This document shows, piece by piece, positions 38,855 to 48,604 of a stretch of 64,000 nucleotides of DNA. Position numbers and translations under genes: made by a program. The stretch is from IMG/VR virus record IMGVR_UViG_3300028786_000006, positions 64,001 through 128,000 of that record; one strand, written 5' to 3'. Origin of the DNA: a virus. A model generated the notes under the pieces. That model did not search any database. It was not told the origin of the DNA and saw nothing but the letters and a program-made list of their open reading frames with translations. How positions within the stretch are numbered: position 1 is the first letter of the stretch; each line of letters starts with the position of its first letter.

Positions 38855-39375
38855 TGGCAGCCCTTAGACCTGTCCGCTACCTGGAAATTTCGCCACGCCA
38901 AACCGGCAAAACTGAACGTTTGGTTCAGGATGCGACCTACCAGCACGTCGTGAATAACAAGAAGATCGTCCTGGTTGGCATGAGAATGTCCTGGGCTCGC
39001 GACCTCATGCCATTCGTGTACGCCGCCGGTGAATCTGAAGATGAGGTGCTTCGCCAAATCGGCGGCCGCGCCAAACCTGAAGAGCTCATGTGGTACTACG
39101 ATGAGTTCGACCATATGCGTTCGCGATTCAGTATCCGCGAAAACGGCTATTACTGCACCACGGCCAAGTACGTGCGGACCTTCAGCAAGGAGCACCCTGA
39201 AGCGATCCTCACTGACCAGCTGTTGCAGCTCGTGGATGGGAATGGTGGCGTGTATGCCACCTCGGCCCATAACCCGCTCAAACGGTCCAGCCTGGCTAAA
39301 CACGTCCGCGACATCCACCCAGATGCCATCAAAACTGAGCTTAATGGCCAGCTGATCGCGTTTGAAGCAAGCTAA
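38854..39375 (+). CDS. Small P-loop NTPase-like protein
   Basis: SPRQTGKT and YYDEFD motifs. Confidence 0.6.
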   Translation: MAALRPVRYLEISPRQTGKTERLVQDATYQHVVNNKKIVLVGMRMSWARDLMPFVYAAGESEDEVLRQIGGRAKPEELMWYYDEFDHMRSRFSIRENGYYCTTAKYVRTFSKEHPEAILTDQLLQLVDGNGGVYATSAHNPLKRSSLAKHVRDIHPDAIKTELNGQLIAFEAS

Positions 39376-39469
39376 ACCCCGTTTGAAGGCGTAACGCCTT
39401 TCTATCAACCTGGAGGCCATGTACAATAAGGCCTCTTAACGAATCAACACCCACATCCGAGGCATTTGA

Positions 39470-40153
39470 ATGACCCAGCAAGTAAAACTCTCCAAGGATA
39501 CTCTTGAAGTCCTCAAGATGTTCAGCACCATCAACGGTAGCCTGGCATTCAAAGCCGGCAATAAGCTGCGCACCATCTCCCCAGGCGGCGGCGCGGTCTT
39601 TGCAGAAGTTGAGATCCCGGAAGAGTTCCCGATCCCTTTCAACATCTACGAGCTGAACCGCTTCTTGAGCGTGTTGAGCCTGGCGACCATGAAAGAAGCC
39701 GTGCTCGAATTCAGCGACGACAAAAAGGTCGTGATCAAAGGCACCGGCGGCACCAAGATCAATTACTACTTCACCAGCGACTCCTTCGTCACGGCGCCGG
39801 ACCGCGAGCTGAAGCTGCCAAGTGTTGACCTCGACGTCACCCTGACCCCGGAAGTGATCGACGGTTTCATGCGTGCTGCCAGCGCCCTGGGCCACAAGAT
39901 CATGGCTTTCACCGTTCGCGGCGACGAAGCGTTCCTGGTCGGCACCAGCCCTGAGCTGGGCGATGCGTCCAACGACTACGAAGTCAGCCTGGGTACGGTT
40001 GAAGGCGCTTCTGAAGGCACCTACCGCCTGAAGATCGAGAACATCAAGCTGTTGGCCGGCGACTACCGCGTCCAAGTCTGTGCTCGCGGCATGGTGGCCT
40101 TCTCCAACGAACAGCGCAAGCTCAAGGTGTTCGTCGGTCTGGAAATGGTCTAA
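39470..40153 (+). CDS. 45: Sliding clamp gp45
   Basis: KLSKDTLEVLKMFSTIN, IYELNRFL and KLLAGDYRV motifs. Confidence 0.93.
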   Translation: MTQQVKLSKDTLEVLKMFSTINGSLAFKAGNKLRTISPGGGAVFAEVEIPEEFPIPFNIYELNRFLSVLSLATMKEAVLEFSDDKKVVIKGTGGTKINYYFTSDSFVTAPDRELKLPSVDLDVTLTPEVIDGFMRAASALGHKIMAFTVRGDEAFLVGTSPELGDASNDYEVSLGTVEGASEGTYRLKIENIKLLAGDYRVQVCARGMVAFSNEQRKLKVFVGLEMV

Positions 40154-40223
40154 TCGGCCACCCCGCTTGAAATCAGGTTGACCAACGGTTGACCTGATAC
40201 ACCCCGCTAACTTGAGGTTAAAC

Positions 40224-41174
40224 ATGTCGCAGCAAGAACACATCTGGGCTCAAAAGTACCGTCCCACCACCATCAGCGATATCATCCTGCCGGCCGGCCT
40301 GGTTAACGAACTGGCCAACTACGTCAAGGATGGCAAAGCGCCTCACCTGCTCCTCGCCAGCCGCTTGCCGGGCACCGGTAAGACCACCCTGGCCCTGGCC
40401 CTGTGTGCTGACCTGGGTGCAAACCCTCTGGTGATCAACGCCAGCCTGAACAACAGCATCGACGACATCCGCTCCAATGTGACCCAGTACGCTACCGGCG
40501 TATCCGTCATGGGCGGCCCGAAGATCGTTGTCCTGGACGAAGCCGAGCGTCTGTCCCAGGCCGCCCAAGAAGCCCTCAAAGGCATCCTCGAGGCTGTCTC
40601 CAAGAACTGCACGTTCATCCTTACGACCAACAACCCTCAGCGTATCATTGAGCCGCTGCGCGATCGTTGCATCGTCAAGGAATTCGTCTGGTCGGCCGAA
40701 GACACCACCGCCATGCGTGCCAAGATGATGCGCCGCTGCGCTGAAATCCTGACTGCTGAAGGCGTGACCTTCAAGCCGGCGGCCCTGGCCGGTGTTGTCA
40801 AGAAGCACTTCCCGAGCAACCGCCGTATCCTGAACACCCTTCAGGAATACTCGAACCAGTTCGACAAGAACATCGACGAAGGCATCCTGGGTATGCTCAA
40901 CGTGGGTGACGTTGACAACCTGCTCGAAGCCCTGGTCAAGAAGGACTTCCAGGCCGTCAAAGAGTGGTGCTCCACCAACGCAGACCAGTTGTCTGACGGC
41001 ATCTACCTCAAGCTGTTCGAAACCCTCAAGGACAGGCTGCACCCTCAATCGGTGCCGCAGTTGATCTTGACCCTGGGCGACTTCCAGCGTTTCCACGCAA
41101 CGGTCCCTGATCTGTTCATCCACAGCCTTGCGCTGATGACTACCATCATGGCCGACTGCACCTTCACCAAGTAA
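40224..41174 (+). CDS. 44: Clamp loader ATPase subunit gp44
   Basis: WAQKYRP, PGTGKTT, INAS and VLDEAE motifs. Confidence 0.95.
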   Translation: MSQQEHIWAQKYRPTTISDIILPAGLVNELANYVKDGKAPHLLLASRLPGTGKTTLALALCADLGANPLVINASLNNSIDDIRSNVTQYATGVSVMGGPKIVVLDEAERLSQAAQEALKGILEAVSKNCTFILTTNNPQRIIEPLRDRCIVKEFVWSAEDTTAMRAKMMRRCAEILTAEGVTFKPAALAGVVKKHFPSNRRILNTLQEYSNQFDKNIDEGILGMLNVGDVDNLLEALVKKDFQAVKEWCSTNADQLSDGIYLKLFETLKDRLHPQSVPQLILTLGDFQRFHATVPDLFIHSLALMTTIMADCTFTK

Positions 41175-41186
41175 GGGGCGACTGCT

Positions 41187-41603
41187 ATGGCTGACGATGG
41201 TAAAATTGGACTGTTTGATTGGCTCAACGCCTTGAACAGCTCCAAAACCGAGCTGATGGTAGACGAGGCGAGTGAGAAGTCGTTCGACCCGTTCATTATC
41301 CGCCGGGGCGTTGCCCAGAACATGGACACCGTCCTCCTCGCGCAAGAGATGAACAAACTCCACGCCCTGCCAAAGCGGATGGTGCATGACTTCTTTATGA
41401 AGGCCATCACCAGGAAGAAGCGGTACGGGAAGTGGGCAAAGAAAGAGGTGGTGGACTCGGGTATTACCGTGATCTCCGCCTACTATAAGGTCTCCATCCG
41501 GGAGGCCACCGAATACGCCAAGCTGATGACCCCAGAGCAGATCAAAGAGCTCGAAGGTCGGATGGACCAAGGCGGCCGCAAGGGCGAAAAGAGCGGCAAG
41601 TGA
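41187..41603 (+). CDS. 62: Clamp loader subunit gp62
   Basis: LFDWLNA, EMN, KKRYGKWAK and YY.VS.REA.EY motifs. Confidence 0.92.
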   Translation: MADDGKIGLFDWLNALNSSKTELMVDEASEKSFDPFIIRRGVAQNMDTVLLAQEMNKLHALPKRMVHDFFMKAITRKKRYGKWAKKEVVDSGITVISAYYKVSIREATEYAKLMTPEQIKELEGRMDQGGRKGEKSGK

Positions 41604-41623
41604 TTTCTGGAGTAAGGCGTAAC

Positions 41624-42109
41624 ATGAGCATCAAAGCAGTTGATTTGGTTAATTCGCCGTTGAGTGGCGATGAAATTTTGCCGTACATGGTCGAGGTTAG
41701 TTTGCCGACCGCCATCCAGGATGAGCGTGATGCTTTCCTGAAGATTCGTGAAACACTGACCCGCATTGGCATTGCCTCCCGTCGCGACGTCAACACCCTG
41801 TACCAAACTTGCCACATCCTGAGCAAGCGCGGCAAGTTCTACATCTGCCACTTCAAGAGCATGTTCGTGCTCGACGGTCGCGAGAACAATCTGAGCGTGA
41901 GCGACATTGCCCGCCAGAACCGCATTGCCCGCCTGTTACAAGAATGGGGCCTGCTGACCATCCTGGACCCATCCATCTGCGACGAACCCGTTGCGAGCAT
42001 GGGTAACCTGAAGGTCATCCCACACCGCGAGCGCTCTGAGTGGATTTTATCGCCAAAATATCAGATAGGCAAGAAAGGCGGCCCTAACACGCCCGGTGCA
42101 ACTTTGTAA
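41624..42109 (+). CDS. regA: Translational repressor RegA
   Basis: FLKIRETLTRIGIAS, LYQTCHIL, HFK and QNRIARLLQEWGL motifs. Confidence 0.95.
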   Translation: MSIKAVDLVNSPLSGDEILPYMVEVSLPTAIQDERDAFLKIRETLTRIGIASRRDVNTLYQTCHILSKRGKFYICHFKSMFVLDGRENNLSVSDIARQNRIARLLQEWGLLTILDPSICDEPVASMGNLKVIPHRERSEWILSPKYQIGKKGGPNTPGATL

Positions 42110-43001
42110 AATTGCACACGTCGATCTCCTTTCGACAGAACGAACAGCACACCCTGGGCCGCGAAGTAGCGGCCTGTTTCATCCGGTCTTTGGTCGCATC
42201 GCTCGCCCGCTTACCGACGAACTTCTGAATATGAGCTTCTGTCATCTTCCGGCCTTTGGCCCAACCGTCTAACCGGTATTTTTGAAGATGGCTAGCATCA
42301 ATCCTCAGATGGTCGTCACCCCGGTTAACCCAGATGGTGCCCTTGACAGCATCGGAAATATCAGACTTTGATGCAGGGTTGGATTTGATCCACCCATCGG
42401 CGAGTAGGGCATCAACTTCTTCGGGGCGTACCATGCGGCGTTCGCCAGTGGGTGATAAGACCCACACGGTGCCTTTTGCATTTGTGTTACCCATGAGACC
42501 TGGTGGTGTGCCTATTACCCAACTGTCGTCCAGGTAGGGTTGGAGGTTTTCGATCTTCACCCTCTTGGTAACCCCTCCCCTGGTTATGAACTTGCGGCCC
42601 TTGGCGGCTTCTGATAAATGGGAGAAGTCGCTGTTGCGGTGTTCGATTCTGAGCTTCTCGAACATCCTGGAATTGATCTTGTACGTGCGACCATCGCGTG
42701 TACCGGTACACATGGCCCAGAACCCGAACCGAGTGTCTCGGTTACCAGGTAACGCCCTCCACAGTATGGCGTGCGCGATGTAGTGTGCACGCGGCGACAG
42801 AGGGGCTGTGTTCCAAGGGTGTTTGGCTAAGCTGGTGAACTGAGGAAACAAGCCAGGGGCTTTGGGAAGGATGTGGTGGTTCTCTACAACGGAGGCCGCC
42901 GGCTGGGACAGGACGAACTTCAGGTAACGAATAAGGTGATGCTGATTCACTGGTACGTTGAGATCGTTGAATTGCTTGATAAAGAAATTGATGGTTTTCA
43001 T
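42084..43001 (-). mobile_element. Second free-standing HNH homing endonuclease
   Basis: ENHHILPK...WN..LSPRAHYIAH.ILW; repeated KGT.WV..G modules; terminal CxxC...H..C. Confidence 0.88.
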
Positions 43002-43075
43002 TTCGGTTTCACTAATTGGCTATGAAGTAGTTAGCGAACCGTGTAAGAACCGAAGTATGCCATTGGCGCGACGCC

Positions 43076-43633
43076 ATGAATTTAGAGGATTTACCGTTGA
43101 ACACCACTGCAAATGTAATTCCAACCAACACCGAAGCCTGCCTGGTTCAGACCACGTTCCAAAAGAACACCATCATGAACCTGGCCTTCGGTAACCCCAA
43201 GGGCGACAAGCATAACCCGGACTGGGCTGCCATCGAGCGTCAGTACAAGATCAGCCTGTCGGAAATGCTGGAAATTGGTAAGGCGATCGAGGATCGCAAT
43301 TTCAAGGAAGTGATCGACGGCATCGCCGACGTGACCACCACCAACGACGGCCTGGCGCACATTGCCGGTGTCAACGGTGACGTGGCACTGGACTGCGTGT
43401 ATCGCAGCAACATGTCCAAGTTCTGCGCAGATGGTGCTGAAGTGGACGCCACCCTGGCCAAGTACGCAGCCAAGGGCGTGGAACTGACAGTTCACGGCGT
43501 TTACCCGGCCGCGTTCGTTCGCTCAGCCAAAGAGCAGCTGCTCGACGGCGAAATCATTCCTGCAGGCAAGTTCCTGAAGGGTATCAACTACAACCGCCCG
43601 GACTTCTCCGCGGTGATGGCGACGGCAGACTGA
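43076..43633 (+). CDS. MazG-like/PRA-PH nucleotide pyrophosphohydrolase
   Basis: EMLE...EVIDGIAD...SNMSKF...GKFLKG motifs. Confidence 0.82.
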   Translation: MNLEDLPLNTTANVIPTNTEACLVQTTFQKNTIMNLAFGNPKGDKHNPDWAAIERQYKISLSEMLEIGKAIEDRNFKEVIDGIADVTTTNDGLAHIAGVNGDVALDCVYRSNMSKFCADGAEVDATLAKYAAKGVELTVHGVYPAAFVRSAKEQLLDGEIIPAGKFLKGINYNRPDFSAVMATAD

Positions 43634-43635
43634 AC

Positions 43636-44040
43636 ATGAGCCTCATTACGAAACTGAAAGCGGCCTGGGCTCTCCTGGTCGCGAAGGAAACCATCACGGC
43701 CCAGATGATCCGTGGGTTCGGGGATCCGAAAGCTGAAGCTAGCCTTCAGTGCCCAGTGGAACTGGCCCAGGGCGCGCTGAGCGTCTTCCGCACTGCACTG
43801 TCTAGCGCTGAAGACGCGCTCGATACTCTGAACAAGCAACGGTCCAGGCATTCGGCCGACGTACAGGTTCTGGTGGATTCGCTGTCGTCACACGATGCTG
43901 AAATCGCTTCCCTGGAAAACGCGGCGGACCAGATCCGTGGCCTGCTCGGTCTGAAAGTGGAGGCTATCCAGCCCCTGGCGCACGTGAACGTAGCCGGTAC
44001 TCAGCAACCAATCCTCCCACCTGGTTACATCCCAGGCTGA
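43636..44040 (+). CDS. Hypothetical coiled-coil protein
   Basis: Directly follows the MazG-like gene. Confidence 0.6.
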   Translation: MSLITKLKAAWALLVAKETITAQMIRGFGDPKAEASLQCPVELAQGALSVFRTALSSAEDALDTLNKQRSRHSADVQVLVDSLSSHDAEIASLENAADQIRGLLGLKVEAIQPLAHVNVAGTQQPILPPGYIPG

Positions 44041-44090
44041 GGAACATGATCTAGCCTTGAAATGTTGAACTATGAATAAAGGTCTTCGTG

Positions 44091-44118
44091 TTGCGCGGCC
44101 GCTCGGGTCGCGTATACT
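44091..44118 (+). promoter_or_regulatory. Sigma70-type early promoter
   Basis: TTGCGC-N16-TATACT. Confidence 0.7.
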
Positions 44119-44210
44119 GAGCTCATCGAAGGCGTTACCGACGAGGCAAACCCCTGCGATGGTAACACCCTAAATCATGGAGACCAATAGCTCATTGAGA
44201 GGCTTAGATT

Positions 44211-44888
44211 ATGAAGATCCTTCAGCATTCCGAAAAGAAACTGATGATTCTCATCAACGATGGAATCACCCAGTCCCAGCTGCGCGCCCAGGCCGTTGAC
44301 CTTGGTGCGCCGGTAGGGAAACAGAAACTGTCCAACCTGTTGGGTGGTCGTGTTGGTGAAGCCGATGGCTGGTCCCTGGCCCTGGCCAAACTGGACGTGG
44401 CCCCACAGCCGGCCCCACCTGCCAAGACCAAGCCAAACGCGGTGAATCCGTCTGGTACAGGCCATCCGAAACCGGAAAAGCCTTTCGCCAAGACCACTCC
44501 GGCCGGCGCGAAGCAAGACCTGAAGCTGGCGAAGACTGTCGTTTTAGGTGGGCAACAAATGCCTGAATACGACAAGGACGACACTGTTAAGGTTCTCCTG
44601 GCCATTAAAGGGTATGATATCACCCCCAAGATTGCGGCGTCTGAGACGTACGTGACCTTCCGGTTGGATACTGCCCGTGTTCAGGCGACAGTTGGTATTC
44701 GCGGCGTAACGCTGATGATCTTCCCTCTCAAGGGTCTGGACCTGAAGCACATCGACGCGGCTGAAACCGGCTGGGAAGTAAAGGCGCAATATATCAAGGT
44801 TGGTGTATTCGCCCCAGAGCAGGTTGCCTCGCAGCTTGCGTATATCAAGACTGAAGTAGAGCGGGCATCCGCTCAGACTGCAGCCTGA
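44211..44888 (+). CDS. Two-domain early protein, paralog A
   Basis: N-domain, Pro/Ala/Lys linker and C-domain; clearly similar to 45123-45842. Confidence 0.8.
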   Translation: MKILQHSEKKLMILINDGITQSQLRAQAVDLGAPVGKQKLSNLLGGRVGEADGWSLALAKLDVAPQPAPPAKTKPNAVNPSGTGHPKPEKPFAKTTPAGAKQDLKLAKTVVLGGQQMPEYDKDDTVKVLLAIKGYDITPKIAASETYVTFRLDTARVQATVGIRGVTLMIFPLKGLDLKHIDAAETGWEVKAQYIKVGVFAPEQVASQLAYIKTEVERASAQTAA

Positions 44889-44904
44889 GAGTAACATTTA
44901 CACC

Positions 44905-44940
44905 AAAAGGGCCGAACCGATGAGTTGCGGCCCTTTTTTA
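44905..44940 (+). terminator. Intrinsic terminator
   Basis: aaaagggccg...cggccctttttt. Confidence 0.75.
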
Positions 44941-45024
44941 TTGTCTCAACGTGGTTCGAAGTATCGGGTTAGAGACCTCGGTTCAAGAATAATAAAAAAG
45001 ATTCAAAAAAGTTGAATAAAGGGG

Positions 45025-45052
45025 TTGCCTGCCTTGATTAATCGGGTATAAT
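45025..45052 (+). promoter_or_regulatory. Strong sigma70-type early promoter with UP-like A tracts
   Basis: TTGCCT-N16-TATAAT; A-rich 44987-45020. Confidence 0.85.
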
Positions 45053-45122
45053 GGCAACCATCGAAAGGCAAACGCCAATCGAAACAAACAGCCCCACCCC
45101 TTATAGAAGCCAAGGATTTATC

Positions 45123-45842
45123 ATGACCAACTCCAAACTCGTACATGCTGACCAAAACCTCGTTATCGAATTCAACGAGACTGTTACACAGTCGGAACTG
45201 CGCGCCAAGAGCATCGAGTTGGGCGCTCCGATTGGTAAGACCAGCCTCAGCAACCTGCTGAACGGTAAAGTGGAACAAACCGGCGGCTGGTCCCTGGTTG
45301 CCGCTGTGGCCGCTAAAGAAGGTCACGCTGACACCGCCAAAACCACGCCAGATGCCCCTTCGGCCCCGATCAACGATGCCCCGGCGCTTACCCTGGTGGT
45401 TACCCCGACCGTCGCTCCTGTCGTCGAAGAAGCCCCGGTCGTTGTCACCGCCCCTGTAGCGGCACCTGCGCCGGCTGCAGCCGCCCCGGTGGTTCAACCA
45501 AAGCCAGCCGCAGCCGCCAAGGCCTCCGCTGTTCGCTTTGAGAAAGACGCTTCCATCAAAGCCCTCATGGAACTGAACTCCTACGAGCCGGTGTTGAAAG
45601 AAGCCCCGACCGAGACCTACGTCACCCTCAAACTGGCCAAGGCCCGCATCCAGGCAACCATCGGTGTCCGTGGTGTCACCCTGATGCTCTTCCCGCTCAA
45701 AGGTCTGGTGCTTCAAGAGATCGACGCCGTCGCTACCGGTTGGAACGTCAAATCCCAGTACGCCAAGGTCGGTGTGTTCGCCCCAGAAGCTGTGGCAGCA
45801 CAACTGGTCGTCATCGAAGAAGTCATCGCCAAGTTGGTCTAA
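45123..45842 (+). CDS. Two-domain early protein, paralog B
   Basis: AAGGA RBS; shares TQS.LRA...LGAP.GK..LSNLL and ETYVT...AR.QAT.G.RGVTLM.FPLKGL with paralog A. Confidence 0.85.
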   Translation: MTNSKLVHADQNLVIEFNETVTQSELRAKSIELGAPIGKTSLSNLLNGKVEQTGGWSLVAAVAAKEGHADTAKTTPDAPSAPINDAPALTLVVTPTVAPVVEEAPVVVTAPVAAPAPAAAAPVVQPKPAAAAKASAVRFEKDASIKALMELNSYEPVLKEAPTETYVTLKLAKARIQATIGVRGVTLMLFPLKGLVLQEIDAVATGWNVKSQYAKVGVFAPEAVAAQLVVIEEVIAKLV

Positions 45843-45901
45843 GTGGTCACCGCATAGGGGCTGGGGGCAACCTCAGCCCCTTCGTGCGTTTAGGAGAATA
45901 G

Positions 45902-46948
45902 ATGTCCGTATACCTTGACAGAATGTTCATTGATCGGATGGCCTTCACCCTCCTCCGTTTCAAGTGGATCAAGCCCAACGTAGCACGCTGCCGTTGCCCG
46001 TTCTGTGGTGACAGTAGGACCAGCACCATCAAGGCCCGTGGTTACTTCTTTCTTTCCGACACGGGTGACGGATACACCTTCAGCTGCAAGAACTGCGGCG
46101 TCGGTCGTAACGTGTACAGCTTCCTGGAAGAGCAAGACCAACTGCTCTGGAAGGAATACATCCTCGAGCGCCTACGTGAACGAGGCGGCGGCATTACACA
46201 GCCCCGCCAGCAGGTAGCGGCCAGACCCGAAAACGGGTTCATGGCCAAGCTCGTGGAAGCCACCATGGCCTACGTGGATCCCCTGGAAGGCCTCCCTCGC
46301 TTGTCCTCTCTGCCCGACGACCACCCGGCCGTGCGGTATATGGTAGACGAGCGCAAGTTCCATCCAGCCATGCTGGAGCGCCTCTTCTACGCCGCTGATT
46401 TCAACCTAGTGGCCAGGGTGGTCGACAAGACCCTGGAAGAGACCCAGGTGCCTCACGACAAGCGCATCATCATCCCCTTCTACTTCCCTGATGGCAAGCT
46501 GAAATGCATCCAGGGCCGGGCGCTTGACCCCAAGGCCATGCGATACATCACTGTCAAAACTGCAGACGAGGTAGACAAGATCTTCGGCCTGGAGCGAATC
46601 GATGACACCCGCGTGAAGCTGGTGTTCGAAGGGCCGTTCGACAGCATGTTCTTCCCCAACGCGGTAGCCACCTGTGACAGCTCACTGACCAAGTACACGG
46701 CTGACAACGTCATCTATGTCTGGGACAATCAGCCTCGCAACAAGGAGGTGATGAACAACATCGCCAAGGCTGTGGCTGCTGGGTTCAGAGTGTGTATCTG
46801 GGCCGACAACTGCCCTTTCATCGGCAAAGACGCCAATGAGATGATCAAAAACGGCGCAACCCCGCGTGAGATACTTGCCTGGATCGCAGGCCACACGTAT
46901 AATGGCCTGAGAGCCAACCTTGAACTAAGCAAGTGGCGTAAGGTTTAA
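45902..46948 (+). CDS. 61: DNA primase gp61
   Basis: RCPFCGDS...CKNCG Zn finger; EGPFDSMF, WDNQPRN and KDANEM TOPRIM motifs. Confidence 0.95.
   Translation: MSVYLDRMFIDRMAFTLLRFKWIKPNVARCRCPFCGDSRTSTIKARGYFFLSDTGDGYTFSCKNCGVGRNVYSFLEEQDQLLWKEYILERLRERGGGITQPRQQVAARPENGFMAKLVEATMAYVDPLEGLPRLSSLPDDHPAVRYMVDERKFHPAMLERLFYAADFNLVARVVDKTLEETQVPHDKRIIIPFYFPDGKLKCIQGRALDPKAMRYITVKTADEVDKIFGLERIDDTRVKLVFEGPFDSMFFPNAVATCDSSLTKYTADNVIYVWDNQPRNKEVMNNIAKAVAAGFRVCIWADNCPFIGKDANEMIKNGATPREILAWIAGHTYNGLRANLELSKWRKV
46875..46903 (+). promoter_or_regulatory. Early-type promoter embedded in the primase 3' end
   Basis: TTGCCT-N17-TATAATGGC, same signature as 45025 and 63511. Confidence 0.6.
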
Positions 46949-46964
46949 TTGATGGAACTTCGAT

Positions 46965-47216
46965 ATGAAAATGCTCAGCATTATTGACCCGACATCCAAA
47001 ACCAATTTTCATGGTTTCATGATCCCTGTACTTCCGGACGATGAGTTCCTGGCAGCGGACCCTGACGGCGTGGTGTATGCCTACATCGGCGAGCCACCAC
47101 AGCAGCGGGTCCATTACTGGGACGGCGCCCGCGCCCGCCGGGTTGGCATTGTTGACCTTGATGGTTTCGACTGGCGCCAGACGCTCGTTGAAGTTGACCC
47201 TGTAATTGGAGCTTAA
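46965..47216 (+). CDS. Hypothetical protein
   Basis: FLAADPDGVVYAY...P...W pattern common in phage early proteins. Confidence 0.65.
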   Translation: MKMLSIIDPTSKTNFHGFMIPVLPDDEFLAADPDGVVYAYIGEPPQQRVHYWDGARARRVGIVDLDGFDWRQTLVEVDPVIGA

Positions 47217-47218
47217 TC

Positions 47219-47485
47219 ATGGCCTTAGCAGCTACTGTATTCTTCATGTTGATCCAAACATCGAGCGAACCTGGCGTGGCGTTCAATAACACCAGTGCGA
47301 TGCCGGCTGCTCATACCTTTCAAATCACCCGCGTTGATGGGTTTGGAAGTTTGGACGGCTGTAACATCGTAGCCCAGGAAGTTGTAAAGAATCAGATGGT
47401 TTCGACCAAGGCGGTAACCCGCTATACCAAGGCGGATTGCTACCCATTTATTGAACTTCAGGAGCCGGCTAATGGCGAAGAGTAA
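47219..47485 (+). CDS. Hypothetical protein
   Basis: GGAG RBS; hydrophobic N-terminus. Confidence 0.55.
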   Translation: MALAATVFFMLIQTSSEPGVAFNNTSAMPAAHTFQITRVDGFGSLDGCNIVAQEVVKNQMVSTKAVTRYTKADCYPFIELQEPANGEE

Positions 47486-47906
47486 AAGGGTTGTCATCGA
47501 AGTCGGTGACATGATCGTATACGCCAACAACCACCGCGATCTGGTCCAGGGCCTTCCAAAGATCAATGGCAGGCCGGGTTTGCTCGTCCAGCCGTTGGAC
47601 TCCCAGATCATGTTGGCGTCTGACCAATTCAAAGACCTCGAGTGGGTCCAGAAGTTCGTCGAAGTTGGGGTGTTCAATATCGTCAAGGGTATGCCCGGCG
47701 TCAACCCGATCACCGGTGAGCTCAATTCTGAGCATATCAAACTGAGCATCTTCGAAATGGCTCGTGTAGAAGCCAGCGCGCTACTCGACGCGGCCAAGGG
47801 TAAGCACGGCACCGAAGACCTGAAGATGTTCCGTGATGAATGGGAACTCGAACGCCGTCTGGGTTCGATTGTCGGCACTTTACGACGTCAGGTTTCGGGG
47901 CTATAA
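47472..47906 (+). CDS. Hypothetical protein
   Basis: AGGAG RBS. Confidence 0.6.
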   Translation: MAKSKRVVIEVGDMIVYANNHRDLVQGLPKINGRPGLLVQPLDSQIMLASDQFKDLEWVQKFVEVGVFNIVKGMPGVNPITGELNSEHIKLSIFEMARVEASALLDAAKGKHGTEDLKMFRDEWELERRLGSIVGTLRRQVSGL

Positions 47907-47908
47907 TC

Positions 47909-48109
47909 ATGTCCAGTACTGAACAGCTATTCATGTGGGGCTACTGGAAGGAGGACAAGGGGTTAACCCGCGCCCTGGTCGACTACTTCCCCGAAACCCT
48001 GGCCAATGATATCCGGCTTCAGCAAGCCCTGGCATCTATCCGCAACGCTGAGGCCGCAATCGACCAAAGAATGTCTGAGCTTGCTGAGCTGGAACCAGAC
48101 GAAGAATGA
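47909..48109 (+). CDS. Hypothetical protein
   Basis: Short acidic ORF that tiles the region. Confidence 0.5.
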   Translation: MSSTEQLFMWGYWKEDKGLTRALVDYFPETLANDIRLQQALASIRNAEAAIDQRMSELAELEPDEE

Positions 48110-48122
48110 AGGAACTTTCATT

Positions 48123-48548
48123 ATGAAGGCAATGGCAACGCATCAACCCACGGGCCAGGCCCTGGCCCTACGCGAAATGATCGACCCTGAGCAGGCTATG
48201 TACGGCCGCATGCAGCCGGCGGTCAACGCGTTGTGCCGGGAACTGGAAGCCCATCCTGAAGACTGGCACTTTGCTACCTTCGTGTTCTACCACAAGAAAG
48301 TCCCGGTAAATTACTGGTATGAGGGTAGCGAACCAGTGATCAACACGTGGGATGGTCACAGCCGCACCCAGGTGTTCAGCGTAGCCCAGGGGAACCAGAT
48401 TCGCCGGTCCGTCGAGGCTGCCCTCAAGGCCCTCAATGGGAAGATCGACGCTGTGATGAACGACACGTACGACCACACAGACGAAGATGTCGACAACCGG
48501 CCCTGGTATAAGCGCTGGTGGCATGCCTTCAGGGTTGCCGTTTGGTGA
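48123..48548 (+). CDS. Hypothetical protein
   Basis: AAGGA RBS; RPWYKRWW amphipathic C-terminus. Confidence 0.6.
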   Translation: MKAMATHQPTGQALALREMIDPEQAMYGRMQPAVNALCRELEAHPEDWHFATFVFYHKKVPVNYWYEGSEPVINTWDGHSRTQVFSVAQGNQIRRSVEAALKALNGKIDAVMNDTYDHTDEDVDNRPWYKRWWHAFRVAVW

Positions 48549-48604
48549 CCGAGGCGGCTCCGATTGCTATGTAGTAACACTATTATGCGATCGGAGCAGT
48601 CCCC

